Positions 25,927 through 34,986 of a stretch of 64,000 nt of DNA are shown piece after piece. A program made the translations under genes and the position numbers. The notes under the pieces are model-generated. The model had not been told where the DNA came from and ran no database searches. It saw only the letters and a list, made by a program, of their open reading frames with translations. Numbering within the stretch: position 1 is the first letter of the stretch; every line of letters starts with the position of its first letter. Origin of the DNA: Iphione sp. A-MEVVRFRX5 (lineage: Eukaryota); contig OZ320316.1 in assembly GCA_976226885.1 (NCBI GenBank), positions 60,512,001 to 60,576,000 of the forward strand, read 5' to 3'.

Positions 25927-26353
25927 TATAGTTTCTACTTGGGTTCAATAAAGAACTGACAACTCTGAGTCCTGATTCAAAACTGTCTTTATTCAGGTTC
26001 CCTCTCATATTTATATCTTTTCTCCAATCAAGGCACTAGCCAATCATCTGTCAGTATCAGAGTAAGAGAATACATTGTTACCTTCTTTAACAGTCCTTTC
26101 AACTAACCTACCAATCAGGAGAGGGCAAAGTATCACTTTTGGGCTGTGGGACCACAGCCGAGTGCTGCCGATCCAATCACAAGAGAGCTTTGAGACTCCA
26201 GGGTAGTTTGTTTTAAATCCAGGGGTGGCTGTGGTACCACAGTGACCCTTAGTGCATGTGCACCGAGTCCAGTACTCCTGCACTTACAGGGCGTGCGCCC
26301 GTACCTCCACCTGTGGCACCACAGCTCGAGGCCGGCTCCTGCATACCACTACA
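25927..26353 (-). repeat. 3' LTR (427 bp)
   Basis: Matches 35863-36338 except ~6 transitions and a 49-bp deletion; one terminus mutated (TA instead of TG on the + strand); three CTGTGGnnCCACAG palindromes, CCAAT boxes, minus-strand TATAAA and AATAAA. Confidence 0.97.
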
Positions 26354-26366
26354 CTCTCCCCTCTTT
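26354..26366 (-). promoter_or_regulatory. Polypurine tract (PPT)
   Basis: Minus strand AAAGAGGGGAGAG immediately 5' of the TGTAG start of the 3' LTR. Confidence 0.9.
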
Positions 26367-26603
26367 AAATTACACCCACCTCTGAGAGATGGGGCGAAGT
26401 ATTACACCCTAGAAGATCAATCTAGGAACAGCAATTCTAACTCAATCTCCCGACACTATAGCCACTAGGTAGCTTCCTTAATTTTAGCACCAATGAAATT
26501 TCTCTCGCCGTCACTACTTAACACCTGCTAAAGTTTTACAATGCGTCTAATCCCAAAAGTATCTGAGTGTCCCTGAGCATGCAGTCTTATAAGCCTGAAA
26601 TAC

Positions 26604-26785
26604 GGCTTACGGCCGTGGTAGTTCAGTAACACAGTCATATCAAATGAACTAAGGCTTACGGCCGTGATAGTTCAGTGCAACAGTCATATCAGATGTGGAG
26701 GTATGTAGTCCTCTGAATGTGAAGTAAGGCTTACGGCTGTGGCAGTTCAGTAAAACAGTCATATCAAGTATGGGGGCTTAAGGCC
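26604..26785. repeat. Three and a half spaced copies of a 39-nt unit in the Gypsy 3' untranslated region
   Basis: GGCTTACGGC(C/T)GTG(G/A)(T/C)AGTTCAGT...ACAGTCATATCA at 26604, 26653, 26728; partial at 26775. Confidence 0.85.
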
Positions 26786-27053
26786 GCAAAAGTCCAACCA
26801 ACCAATCACATAAAAACACTATCATACTTTGAATTCAACAACGGAGAAGCCCGTGTTGGGCGAAACTTGACCTCTACGTAAACTCTGAATCTGGCCTCAC
26901 TCTCTTGGAGGAAAGTTTGATCACCGGGATGATATCAGTCTCACGTGGAGTTTGAGGCCCGAGCAACGACACCAACTCAACAAAAAAAACATTCTTTACC
27001 CGCTCGGGCCCCTACTCACCACCCTGTGGAGGTCGGCTGTTCTACTCCTCCGT

Positions 27054-28502
27054 TCACATCACGTCAGTGTTGGTGCGACGCTGCTGAGAGGGGCGGGCCT
27101 CCAGGAGGTCCCACACAGTGGGGTCCTCCGCTCGTTGTTGGACCCGTGCCGCCTGTGCCTCCCGCTCCCAGGTGTCGAAGGCCTCGCGCCTCGAGGCCGC
27201 CGTCGCCGCGTAGGCCGGATGCGGGTCTTCGAGGAGGTTGGTCGCTGCTTCGATCGATCGGTTGTGCCAGCGGGTGACACGTTCGCAGTCGCCCCACTCG
27301 AGCCGGTCAGGGATCCGCATCCCTTCCAGCGCGAGGACCGACCGCCTGACCAGGGGGTCGATGAGGTGTTGCGGCGATGCCTCTGACTCCGCCAGGGCCA
27401 GAACCCACGCCAAGGAGGAACTGGCGATGAAGCGCGAGGTTGGGCTCATCTCCATCCAGCGGGGAGGGGGCCATTCCAGCCGCAGGGGAAGGCGTACCAT
27501 AGTGGGAACCATGACGGCTCGCCGTACCGCCGGGTAGGGTGGCACTCGGCCGTCCAGAATCTCCCGGACTAGACGGGACAGTGGGCCGAGCATGGGCGTG
27601 GTGAGTTCCCGTTCTGCCAGTCGTTGAAGGTGTCCTGGCGGGAGGGCTGCCTCCCGGGGCCGATCGCTTGATGGACCTCGAGAGGGTCCAGAGGCCTCCC
27701 AAGCCGTCAGGGTGTCGAGGAGGGCGGCCAGACTCCAGTCAGGGGTCAGGAGGGATGGCCCCCCCCTCGCAGTAGACTGGCGACTGACGTGGGCGTCCCT
27801 GGAGTGGTGCTGCTGCTTCATCGTCCACCGCTGCCGGCTCTGGTTGACCTCCCCGGGCCTCCGGTGACGGGGGATACACCCCGGCCCCACGCATAGGGCA
27901 CTTGTGGTGCATCCCGGAGATACCCCCGCCCAGCAGGAGCTGGAGGCATGGGCGGAGTGCGGTCGCTCCCTACGCTGCCCTCCCCAGAGTCGGAGGGGGA
28001 AGCGGGACGTCCAACGGCGGCAGCGGCCGGTGAGGTGCGCCAGCGGGCTCGGCCAGAAGCATGGGACGGCTGGGACTCCGGCGGGGGTGTGGACTCCATT
28101 GCCGATGAAGAAGATGGTCCGAGAGGCCCGGGTGGAGGCCTGGTTGCCGGTGTCCGAGGTGCACCGTGCCCAGGCAGGAGAGAAGACGGTTGCCGCCCCC
28201 AGACGACGCGCCGCTCGGGGAGGCTCGGCCGAGGCTCCAGGATCTCGTCTACTTCCGCCGGACCCATGAAGGCGCCGAGAGTGGCGGGTGCCCGGCTCGC
28301 CTAGGACGCTGCGACAGAAGAGGCAGTCCATCTGTCGGTGTCGACGGCCCCCATGCTGCTCCTTCTGATGACACTCCAAGGACTCCCCCGCCCAATACAC
28401 CCGGTGGGGTGTGCAGAGCTCACACCAAGCTGTACCAGGGGGCAGGGGTTCTCCCTCCTCCACCTGGGGTGCCGGGGGACGTGCCACTTTCTGCCGGGGC
28501 AT
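27054..28502 (-). CDS. Gypsy accessory ORF: two atypical C2H2 zinc fingers, Pro/Ser-rich linker, helical C-terminal domain (probably frameshifted in this copy)
   Basis: ATG at 28502 right after a pyrimidine tract + CAG acceptor; CELC-x14-H-x4-H and CLFC-x10-H-x4-H; alternative frame 28267-27818 looks like the true linker; C-terminal 'LEWPPPRWMEMSPTSRFIASSSLAWVLALAE...' block; no signal peptide or TM. Confidence 0.65.
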   Translation of the reverse strand: MPRQKVARPPAPQVEEGEPLPPGTAWCELCTPHRVYWAGESLECHQKEQHGGRRHRQMDCLFCRSVLGEPGTRHSRRLHGSGGSRRDPGASAEPPRAARRLGAATVFSPAWARCTSDTGNQASTRASRTIFFIGNGVHTPAGVPAVPCFWPSPLAHLTGRCRRWTSRFPLRLWGGQRRERPHSAHASSSCWAGVSPGCTTSALCVGPGCIPRHRRPGEVNQSRQRWTMKQQHHSRDAHVSRQSTARGGPSLLTPDWSLAALLDTLTAWEASGPSRGPSSDRPREAALPPGHLQRLAERELTTPMLGPLSRLVREILDGRVPPYPAVRRAVMVPTMVRLPLRLEWPPPRWMEMSPTSRFIASSSLAWVLALAESEASPQHLIDPLVRRSVLALEGMRIPDRLEWGDCERVTRWHNRSIEAATNLLEDPHPAYAATAASRREAFDTWEREAQAARVQQRAEDPTVWDLLEARPSQQRRTNTDVM

Positions 28503-29039
28503 GCTGCTTGCCACAGAGAAAGACGGCCAGCCAGGGTGGTTGTGGAACCACAGGCTTGTTGACAGTACAGGTTAGGTCAAGACGTGGGGCCACAGACTAC
28601 AACACACAGAGATGAACAGTCAGCGGCAGACAATCACTGTGGTACCACGGACAACAAGCTGACTGCACTTGGGGTGGTCACTCAGCCGCCCTTACCTGTC
28701 GTCGGAGATGGAGGTGCGAGGTGCGGCGAGGCCACAGCGCGGTGATGGCGACTGCCGCTCCTCGCCCAGTCACCCGATCCTTCTGCAGCGTCTGCCGGAA
28801 ACCGTGGTCTGTGGTTCCACGCTCACGATCAGCTTCCTGCTTCTCAACGCCCCGTCGGATGTGTCCACGCATAAAGACTTATTTTTGGCACTGTCCCCCG
28901 GCGTCCCCGCTGTTCTTCTCAGCCTCTTCTCTCCCTCACGTGGCCAGCTGTGGTGCCATGGGCCGCCATTGATCACGTCTCGCGAGATCACGGGTTCTCT
29001 CGCGCCCCGTGAGATCCCGCATCTCGCGTCCGTATCTCA

Positions 29040-29445
29040 TCTGTGGGCCCACAGCGAAACTGCTTACTCTACGACTGCTGAAGATTCATTCTTTTTGTAC
29101 TATAGGGGACTGGTAGGGATAGGACAAAAACTGTGCTACACCACTCTATTTCCCTTCCTTCGGCTGTGGCACCACAGGCACTTTCGCTGCGTTCTCCCTC
29201 TAGAGGGCGACACCTCCTCCCCGCCTGTGGTTCCACAGCCCATTCACCTGATACGTTGTATCGGCTATTTCCCCTGATTCCACCAATCACTCGTTACGTT
29301 GGATTTCTGTGGCACCACAGTACGAGTGGTTACCCTCCCAGCCAATCGCTCGAAAGCCAATGATATCTGTGGCACCACATACATGATCTTCGCTGCCCGC
29401 CGTAGCCAATCATCTTGGCCCACTGCGCCCCCCCCAATATAAATG
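29040..29445. promoter_or_regulatory. Putative bidirectional internal promoter of the Gypsy accessory region
   Basis: CTGTGGnnCCACA(G/T) palindromes at 29041, 29164, 29225, 29307, 29367; CCAAT at 29283, 29342, 29357, 29406, 29434; TATAAA at 29438-29443; flanked by divergently oriented spliced ORFs. Confidence 0.6.
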
Positions 29446-29677
29446 AGATGGGCTACGGCCAGCCTGCTTCATCTGGACTCTTGCTGCACCCCACCAGGCT
29501 TCTCTATCCTTCCAGCTACCCCTTCCAGCTACCCCAGCTCAGGTACCCGTCTTATGTAGGAATGGCAACTGTTTAACATCTTTGAACTAGCTGAACCAGA
29601 GACAAATCATAGTTTTTTTTTTGTTTTGTTTTGTTTTTTTTTAACGGTTTTCTCCCTTTTTCAGCCTAAACCCAGCC

Positions 29678-30547
29678 ATGACCAATCAAGGGACCGCGTT
29701 TGGGCACCTTCCTGCTGCGGTTCTTCGGCCTTATCGCCTGTGAGTGTTTGGATAACTCTTCCTCTACTTCCACTCGTTCTAAGTGTTATCCAACATCGCC
29801 CCTTCCTGAAGTTTAGTGTCAGCCAGATCCATCTTCATTTTTCCTGCCTATTTTCTCTTCCATAGGCTCCGCTATCGACCCACCCTGCCCGGGTCAACCC
29901 CCTCCGGCGTGAACATTCACACAGAAGGGCCGGTGGTACGAGTTTTCGGCACCCATGAGATCATAGATGCCCCCTTCATCTTGCCTGTTCCGGGCCGTCT
30001 GATCTTCCTTGGGCCGCTTCACGTGATTGACCTGGTGGTACGCCCTGTCGCCCCTCCTGGCTCGGCGCGACCCCCGCCAACGATGCCCGCCCCATCAGAC
30101 TGGGCCGCTTGCTACACCACCCCGTTGCTTCCACCGGCCTCTCCCTCCTCCAGTGCTTCCGGGTATGGCACCGACAGCCCTTCATCCCTTACCAGCAGTC
30201 GTCTGGACCCCTGGGGGTCCCACCAGGACCTTTCCGCGATGGGCGCCTCACCACCCCCGGCAGACGGATCGGGTCGCTCCTCTCCAAGCCCACGGCCGTC
30301 ACCCACCCCGTCGGGAGAAGACTCTGTACCGCCTCCGTCTCCGGCCGTCACGAGGTCAGAATGCACTACCCCCGAGACAGGCGATGACATCTCCTGCAGC
30401 TCCTCACACCTGGGGACTTCCCCTCCGGGAGGCCATGTGCCCTTCGCGGCGATTTCGACTCCCGCCCTGGCAGCCTGGTATCGTCAGTTTCGTTGGGGCG
30501 ACGCTCCCTTCTGCCCTATCCTGGTATCTTCCTCCGATGAGGAATAG
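29678..30547 (+). CDS. Antisense spliced accessory gene of the Gypsy element (CDS join 29678-29739, 29866-30547; ~247 aa, Pro/Ser-rich)
   Basis: Non-coding exon 1 ~29470-29542 (CAG|GTAC); acceptor TTTTCTCCCTTTTTCAG|29665; gccATGa at 29678; donor CT|GTGAGT 29739; acceptor TTTTCTCTTCCATAG|29866 in matching phase 2; stop 30547; AATAAA 30614-30619. Confidence 0.75.
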
Positions 30548-30613
30548 GACCTTAATCAGTAACTACACTCCCCATGCTAAGTACTCTGTAGCTGCGTGGC
30601 TGACATACCTTGA

Positions 30614-30619
30614 AATAAA
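30614..30619 (+). terminator. Polyadenylation signal of the antisense accessory gene
   Basis: AATAAA ~67 nt after the TAG at 30547. Confidence 0.6.
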
Positions 30620-31024
30620 TTTCAACTAACTAATTTGTCCCCCGTGTTCGTTCTATGTTCTGTTCGCTCTCAGACTTAATTATAAACACCCTTCCCGTCG
30701 TCCCGCCGCAGCGACCAGAGGACATAACCCGACCAGGTTCTAATTCCTTCGCCCTGGTCCGAGTTGGCTCCACCCCTGACAGTGTGCCGGCTTGCCCAGA
30801 GGACAAAGCCTGGCCAGACCTCCGTCTCCTTCTGGCCCAGGCCGGCTCCACTGTCAGTCCCACCTCCGTGGTCTGTCGACCTCTCAGCTACCACCAGCCT
30901 ACACTGCAAGCGGCCGTAGTGCTGCCCTCCCTAACGGGAGCTTCCTTCGCACACTATGGTTCGCCCTCCGACAACATCTCCGGAGCTGCCTAGGTCCCCC
31001 CCCGGAGGACGTGCCCCCACTCCT

Positions 31025-31355
31025 CCCCCTAGAGCTTTTGGGTACCGCACCCGGGGATGTCCAGCCTCCCCCTCTGGAACTTTCGGGTCCCGCACCCGAG
31101 GATGTCCAGCCTCCCCCCCTGGAGCTTTTGGGTCCCACACCCGAGGATGTCCAGCCTCCTCCCTCTGGAGCTTTTGGGTCCCACACCCGAGGATGTCCAG
31201 CCTCCCCCCTCTGGAGCTTTTGGGTCCCACACCCGAGGATGTCCAGCCTCCCCCTCTGGAGCTTTTGGGTCCCGCACCCGAGGATGTCCAGCCTCCCCCT
31301 CTGGAGCTATTGGGTCCCGCACCCGGGGATGTCCAGCCTCCCCTCCCTGGAGCTC
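31025..31355. repeat. ~45-bp minisatellite (~7 copies) in the tail of pol
   Basis: GGAGCTTTTGGGTCCC(A/G)CACCCGAGGATGTCCAGCCTCCCC units; give 15-aa repeats in several frames. Confidence 0.95.
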
Positions 31356-31365
31356 TCTGCTCTCC

Positions 31366-34300
31366 CTAGTCCGACCTCCACTGGAAGATTTTTATCCTTT
31401 TGTTACGAGCTCCCTTCCTTATTCGCGCGCCGCCGCCATGACTTGATCCAACGAGGTATCTACCCTCGATACAGTCGTAGGCGATTCCGATGCACCACCT
31501 TGGGGCGAGCCGGGCTGCCCGTTGGACCACCAATCGCTCTGGGTCCAGTACCTTAGTAACGAGCCATGGACCCGTCCAGGGCAAGTATACTTTAGGGCTC
31601 TTCCCTCTGGGTGGTTGAGCTTCGTGTAACCACGCCACGTTCCCTTCCTGTAGGGGTTCCCCTTTTGCCCGGCGATCGTATCCTCTAGCCTGCATCCGTG
31701 CAGCCTTTAACAAGTGTTCCCGGACCGTCTGGTAAGCCCTCTTCAGCTGACGTTGAAGGCGCTGCACCCACTCTGGCATAGTCACCTGTTCCTTCCCCTC
31801 CCACTCACTAAGAGGGAGGCCATCCATCGCATGCGCTGGCAGGACCACCTCCCGACCGAACATCAGGAAGTTGGGTGTGAAGCCAGTACTGGCTTGGGGG
31901 GAAGCTCGGTAGGCCATCATAAGCAGTGGGAGTGCTTCATCCCAGTCGTCGCCGGTATCGTAGCAGTGGGCTTTAATCATTTTCCCTAGCGTGCGGAAGC
32001 TCCTTTCGATAAATCCATCCCCCTGGGGGTGTCTAGGGGTCGTCTTGGTTCGCTGGATTTGCAGGAACTCACACAGAGCAGAAACAACTTCACTGCAGAA
32101 GTTGGTTCCTCTGTCGCTGTGGAGCTCCATGAAACATCCATAACGAGAGACCACCTCCTCCACTAGTACTTGTGCTATCCGGGTTGCCTTCTGATCAGGC
32201 AGTGGGAAGGCCTCTAGCCATTTAGTAAAGTGGTCCCCCACCATTAAGATATAACAATTGCCCCGCTTGGTATGGGGGAACGGACCGGCCACGTCCATGG
32301 ACCATCTCTCCATTGGCTCCCCGGACATATAAGTGCGCAGCGCCGTCTGTGGACGGAAGGGATTTACTGTGAGGAGAGCACAGTGACATTTCGCACAGAA
32401 GGTTTGTATAACTTGTTGCATCCCAGGCCAGTAATACGCCAAGGACACCAGGAAAGTGGTGCGGTCTACCCCTAAGTGGCTACCCATTCGGCCTTGGTGG
32501 ATTTCCTCGATAGCCTTGACTCGTCGCTGTGCAGGGAGTACCAGCTGCAGGCGGGTTCTTGGGGCTTCGAGCTCATGCCACTGCCGGTATAGCAGCCCCT
32601 CTTGTACCACCAAACGGTCCCACTGCTGCCATAGTTTCTTGGCCGCCCTCGACAAGGGGGAAATATCCTCCCACTCTGGCCTACCAGATGTATCCTCCTT
32701 CAGCATCAGGATAGGTCCAATATCTGGGTCGTCCAGCTGCGCACCCCGAAGGGCCCGATCTGTCGCCCCCTGAGTGCGGCCTCGGGTGACGACTCGTACC
32801 TCCACCCCATGCTCCTGCTTACACTGTTTACAAGGCATTCGGGATAGAGCATCTGCGTTACCGTGCAGGCGCCCTGGTGGGTGCTGAAGGTGGAGGTGAT
32901 ATTGACCGATTCTCTCCAGCCATCGAGCTAACTGCCCCTCAGGGTCCCGGATACGGCTCAACCAGCTAACCGCCCCATTGTCCGTCTGCACCGTGATCTC
33001 CTGCCCGTATATAAAAAAATGAAAATGTTTCAAAGCAGCTACCACCACCAGCAACTCCCTCCGCATCACACAATACCTCCGTTCCGGTGGCGTGAGACTG
33101 CGGCTAAAGTACGCGAGGACTACTTCCTGGCCTTCCTGCTCTTGGGAAAGCACAGCTCCTAGCCCCACATTGCTGGCATCTGTGTCCAAATAAAAACGTC
33201 CCTTAGGCATCGGGTAGCCCAGCACGGGGCTGGCCTGTAATGCCCGTTTCAGAGATTCGAAGGCCTCCTCTTCTTCGGGGCCCCAATAAAACCGGGTCCG
33301 GGGGCTAGTCAGCCGGTGTAGGGGTGCTGCTAGATCGGCGAAATGAGCCACCAGACGGCGGTAGTAGGAGCAAAGTCCGAGAAAGGCTCTTACGTTGGTA
33401 GTGGAGGTCAGCCTTGGCCATTCCTGGATACACTGCACCTTCCCGGGATCCGCTGAAATTCCCCGATAGGACACCCGATGCCCCAGGAAAGGAACCTCCT
33501 CAAGGAACAAACGGCATTTAGCCGGTTTCAATTTTAAGCCAGCAGCCTCAATTCGAGAGAGCACCTGATCCAACCGGGCTAGCGTCTCCCCAAAATCCCG
33601 CCCAAATACCAATACGTCGTCCAGATAGACTAGGCATTGCTCCCAGGTCAGTCCCCTGAGCACCGTGTCCATTAAACACTCAAACGTAGCAGGAGCGTTG
33701 ACCAACCCAAACGGCATCACTGTAAACTCATACAACCCAGAGGATGTGGTGAAGGCCGTCTTTTCCTGGTCCCGCGGATCCATCTTAACCTGCCAATAGC
33801 CCGATGCTAAGTCTAGCGAACAAAAGTACCGAGCTCCCGCCAGTGCGCTTAACGAATCATCCACTCGGGGTAGGGGATACGCGTCAACCTTCGTCTGTTG
33901 GTTTAGTCTCCGGTAATCGACACAGAAACGAGTAGTTCCATCCTTTTTGCGTACCATGACTACGGGACTTGCCCAGGGGCTCTGGCTCACGACAATGACC
34001 CCGGCCTCTGCCATTTCCCTTACTAGTTGCTGCTCTTCCTGTCTTCTTGACAGGGGCAGGCGCCGAGGTTGCTGTTTAATGGGACCTGATTCCCCCATGC
34101 AAATACGATGTTGCACCACGTCCGTACAACCCAAGTCACCTTTGTGTTGTGCAAAGGCCCCCCTGTGCCGTTCTAGCACCACCCGCAGCTCTCCTTGTTC
34201 CCCTTCAGTGAGATGAACTGTCTTAGTGGCCATCAACTCATCTATCAAGGTCCCTGTCCCCACCTTTGTGGTAGCCACTTTCAGGGGGTGGTTCTGGAGG

Positions 34301-34986
34301 CAGTCAGTAACCTCCTCCCTCTGCGCTGGCGAGCCAAGGGCCAGAGACGTCCCCTGTTGGATCAACAGTTCCCTCTCCCCAGTGTTCCACACGGGCAGCA
34401 CCTGGCTTACAACGCAACGCACTCCTACCACCCCTTGTAATAACTGATCCTCCTCTAAGCCCTCTACCAAGAATGGACCCTCTCCACTGGGAGACACTGG
34501 GATCCCCACCCCTTCCCCAGGGGGAACCGTAATATCGGAGGCTGCCCTCAGTACCTTAACCCCCCTGGTCTGTTCCTTCCCCCTAGGGGTCCCTCCAAAC
34601 AAAACCTCACCCTGTGCCAAGTCAATGACAATGCCATGCTGGGTCAAGAAATCTGCCCCCAATATCCCATCCCCTTCTATCTCTGCTAACAGGAAGTGGT
34701 GTTTGAATTCCTTTCCAGCAATCCCTACCTGCACCTCCTCTCTCCCTACCGTTGGCAGGATATGGCCCCCTACCCCCATAACCTTTACAGCAGCCCTCTT
34801 AACAACTGGGCCAGGGACCACACAGGGATTCATAATGGAAACTTCAGCACCCGTATCAATAAGCAGTAGGAGTGTCTTCTCACCACAGCTTACCTTGAGA
34901 TGTGGTCCCTGGCCGTATTCCATTATCACCTCCCGGTGGACAAATGCAGTCGGTGTCCCCTGGCCTACTGAGCCGACTGCTGTGTG
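31366..34986 (-). CDS. pol: Gypsy pol polyprotein (protease, RT, RNase H, integrase); C-terminus disrupted
   Basis: LIDTGAEVS (AP), YLDD (RT), DASNVGLGAVL...NADALSR (RH), H-H-C-C region, MDVAGPF / LHSDRGTNF / GFIERSFRTL (IN DDE), WTGPW (GPY/F). A 1-nt shift near 31520 restores 'RPKVVHRNRLRLYRG', followed by an in-frame TAG at 31460-31462. Frame is -1 to gag. Confidence 0.95.
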   Translation of the reverse strand, partial: HTAVGSVGQGTPTAFVHREVIMEYGQGPHLKVSCGEKTLLLLIDTGAEVSIMNPCVVPGPVVKRAAVKVMGVGGHILPTVGREEVQVGIAGKEFKHHFLLAEIEGDGILGADFLTQHGIVIDLAQGEVLFGGTPRGKEQTRGVKVLRAASDITVPPGEGVGIPVSPSGEGPFLVEGLEEDQLLQGVVGVRCVVSQVLPVWNTGERELLIQQGTSLALGSPAQREEVTDCLQNHPLKVATTKVGTGTLIDELMATKTVHLTEGEQGELRVVLERHRGAFAQHKGDLGCTDVVQHRICMGESGPIKQQPRRLPLSRRQEEQQLVREMAEAGVIVVSQSPWASPVVMVRKKDGTTRFCVDYRRLNQQTKVDAYPLPRVDDSLSALAGARYFCSLDLASGYWQVKMDPRDQEKTAFTTSSGLYEFTVMPFGLVNAPATFECLMDTVLRGLTWEQCLVYLDDVLVFGRDFGETLARLDQVLSRIEAAGLKLKPAKCRLFLEEVPFLGHRVSYRGISADPGKVQCIQEWPRLTSTTNVRAFLGLCSYYRRLVAHFADLAAPLHRLTSPRTRFYWGPEEEEAFESLKRALQASPVLGYPMPKGRFYLDTDASNVGLGAVLSQEQEGQEVVLAYFSRSLTPPERRYCVMRRELLVVVAALKHFHFFIYGQEITVQTDNGAVSWLSRIRDPEGQLARWLERIGQYHLHLQHPPGRLHGNADALSRMPCKQCKQEHGVEVRVVTRGRTQGATDRALRGAQLDDPDIGPILMLKEDTSGRPEWEDISPLSRAAKKLWQQWDRLVVQEGLLYRQWHELEAPRTRLQLVLPAQRRVKAIEEIHQGRMGSHLGVDRTTFLVSLAYYWPGMQQVIQTFCAKCHCALLTVNPFRPQTALRTYMSGEPMERWSMDVAGPFPHTKRGNCYILMVGDHFTKWLEAFPLPDQKATRIAQVLVEEVVSRYGCFMELHSDRGTNFCSEVVSALCEFLQIQRTKTTPRHPQGDGFIERSFRTLGKMIKAHCYDTGDDWDEALPLLMMAYRASPQASTGFTPNFLMFGREVVLPAHAMDGLPLSEWEGKEQVTMPEWVQRLQRQLKRAYQTVREHLLKAARMQARGYDRRAKGEPLQEGNVAWLHEAQPPRGKSPKVYLPWTGPWLVTKVLDPERLVVQRAARLAPRWCIGIAYDCIEGRYLVGSSHGGGARIRKGARNKRIKIFQWRSD

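Noticed and set aside
26604-26785. Hammerhead ribozyme in the 39-nt repeats
   Set aside because: No CUGAUGA/GAAA core on either strand.
27054-28514. 486-aa ORF as an env gene
   Set aside because: No signal peptide, furin site or transmembrane anchor; it has zinc-finger-like motifs instead.
31025-31355. 45-bp repeats and the many overlapping repeat ORFs (e.g. 30792-31556, 30956-31369) as separate genes or CRISPR
   Set aside because: Minisatellite lacking stop codons in several frames; no spacers, no independent start or splice signals.
31714-34700. Plus-strand ORFs overlapping pol and gag
   Set aside because: Antisense shadows of a GC-rich coding sequence, lacking the promoter, splice and polyA signals seen for the 29678-30547 gene.
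34927-34929. GTG start of pol given by the ORF track
   Set aside because: Pol frame is open further upstream to a slippery site plus stem; -1 frameshifting is the better explanation.
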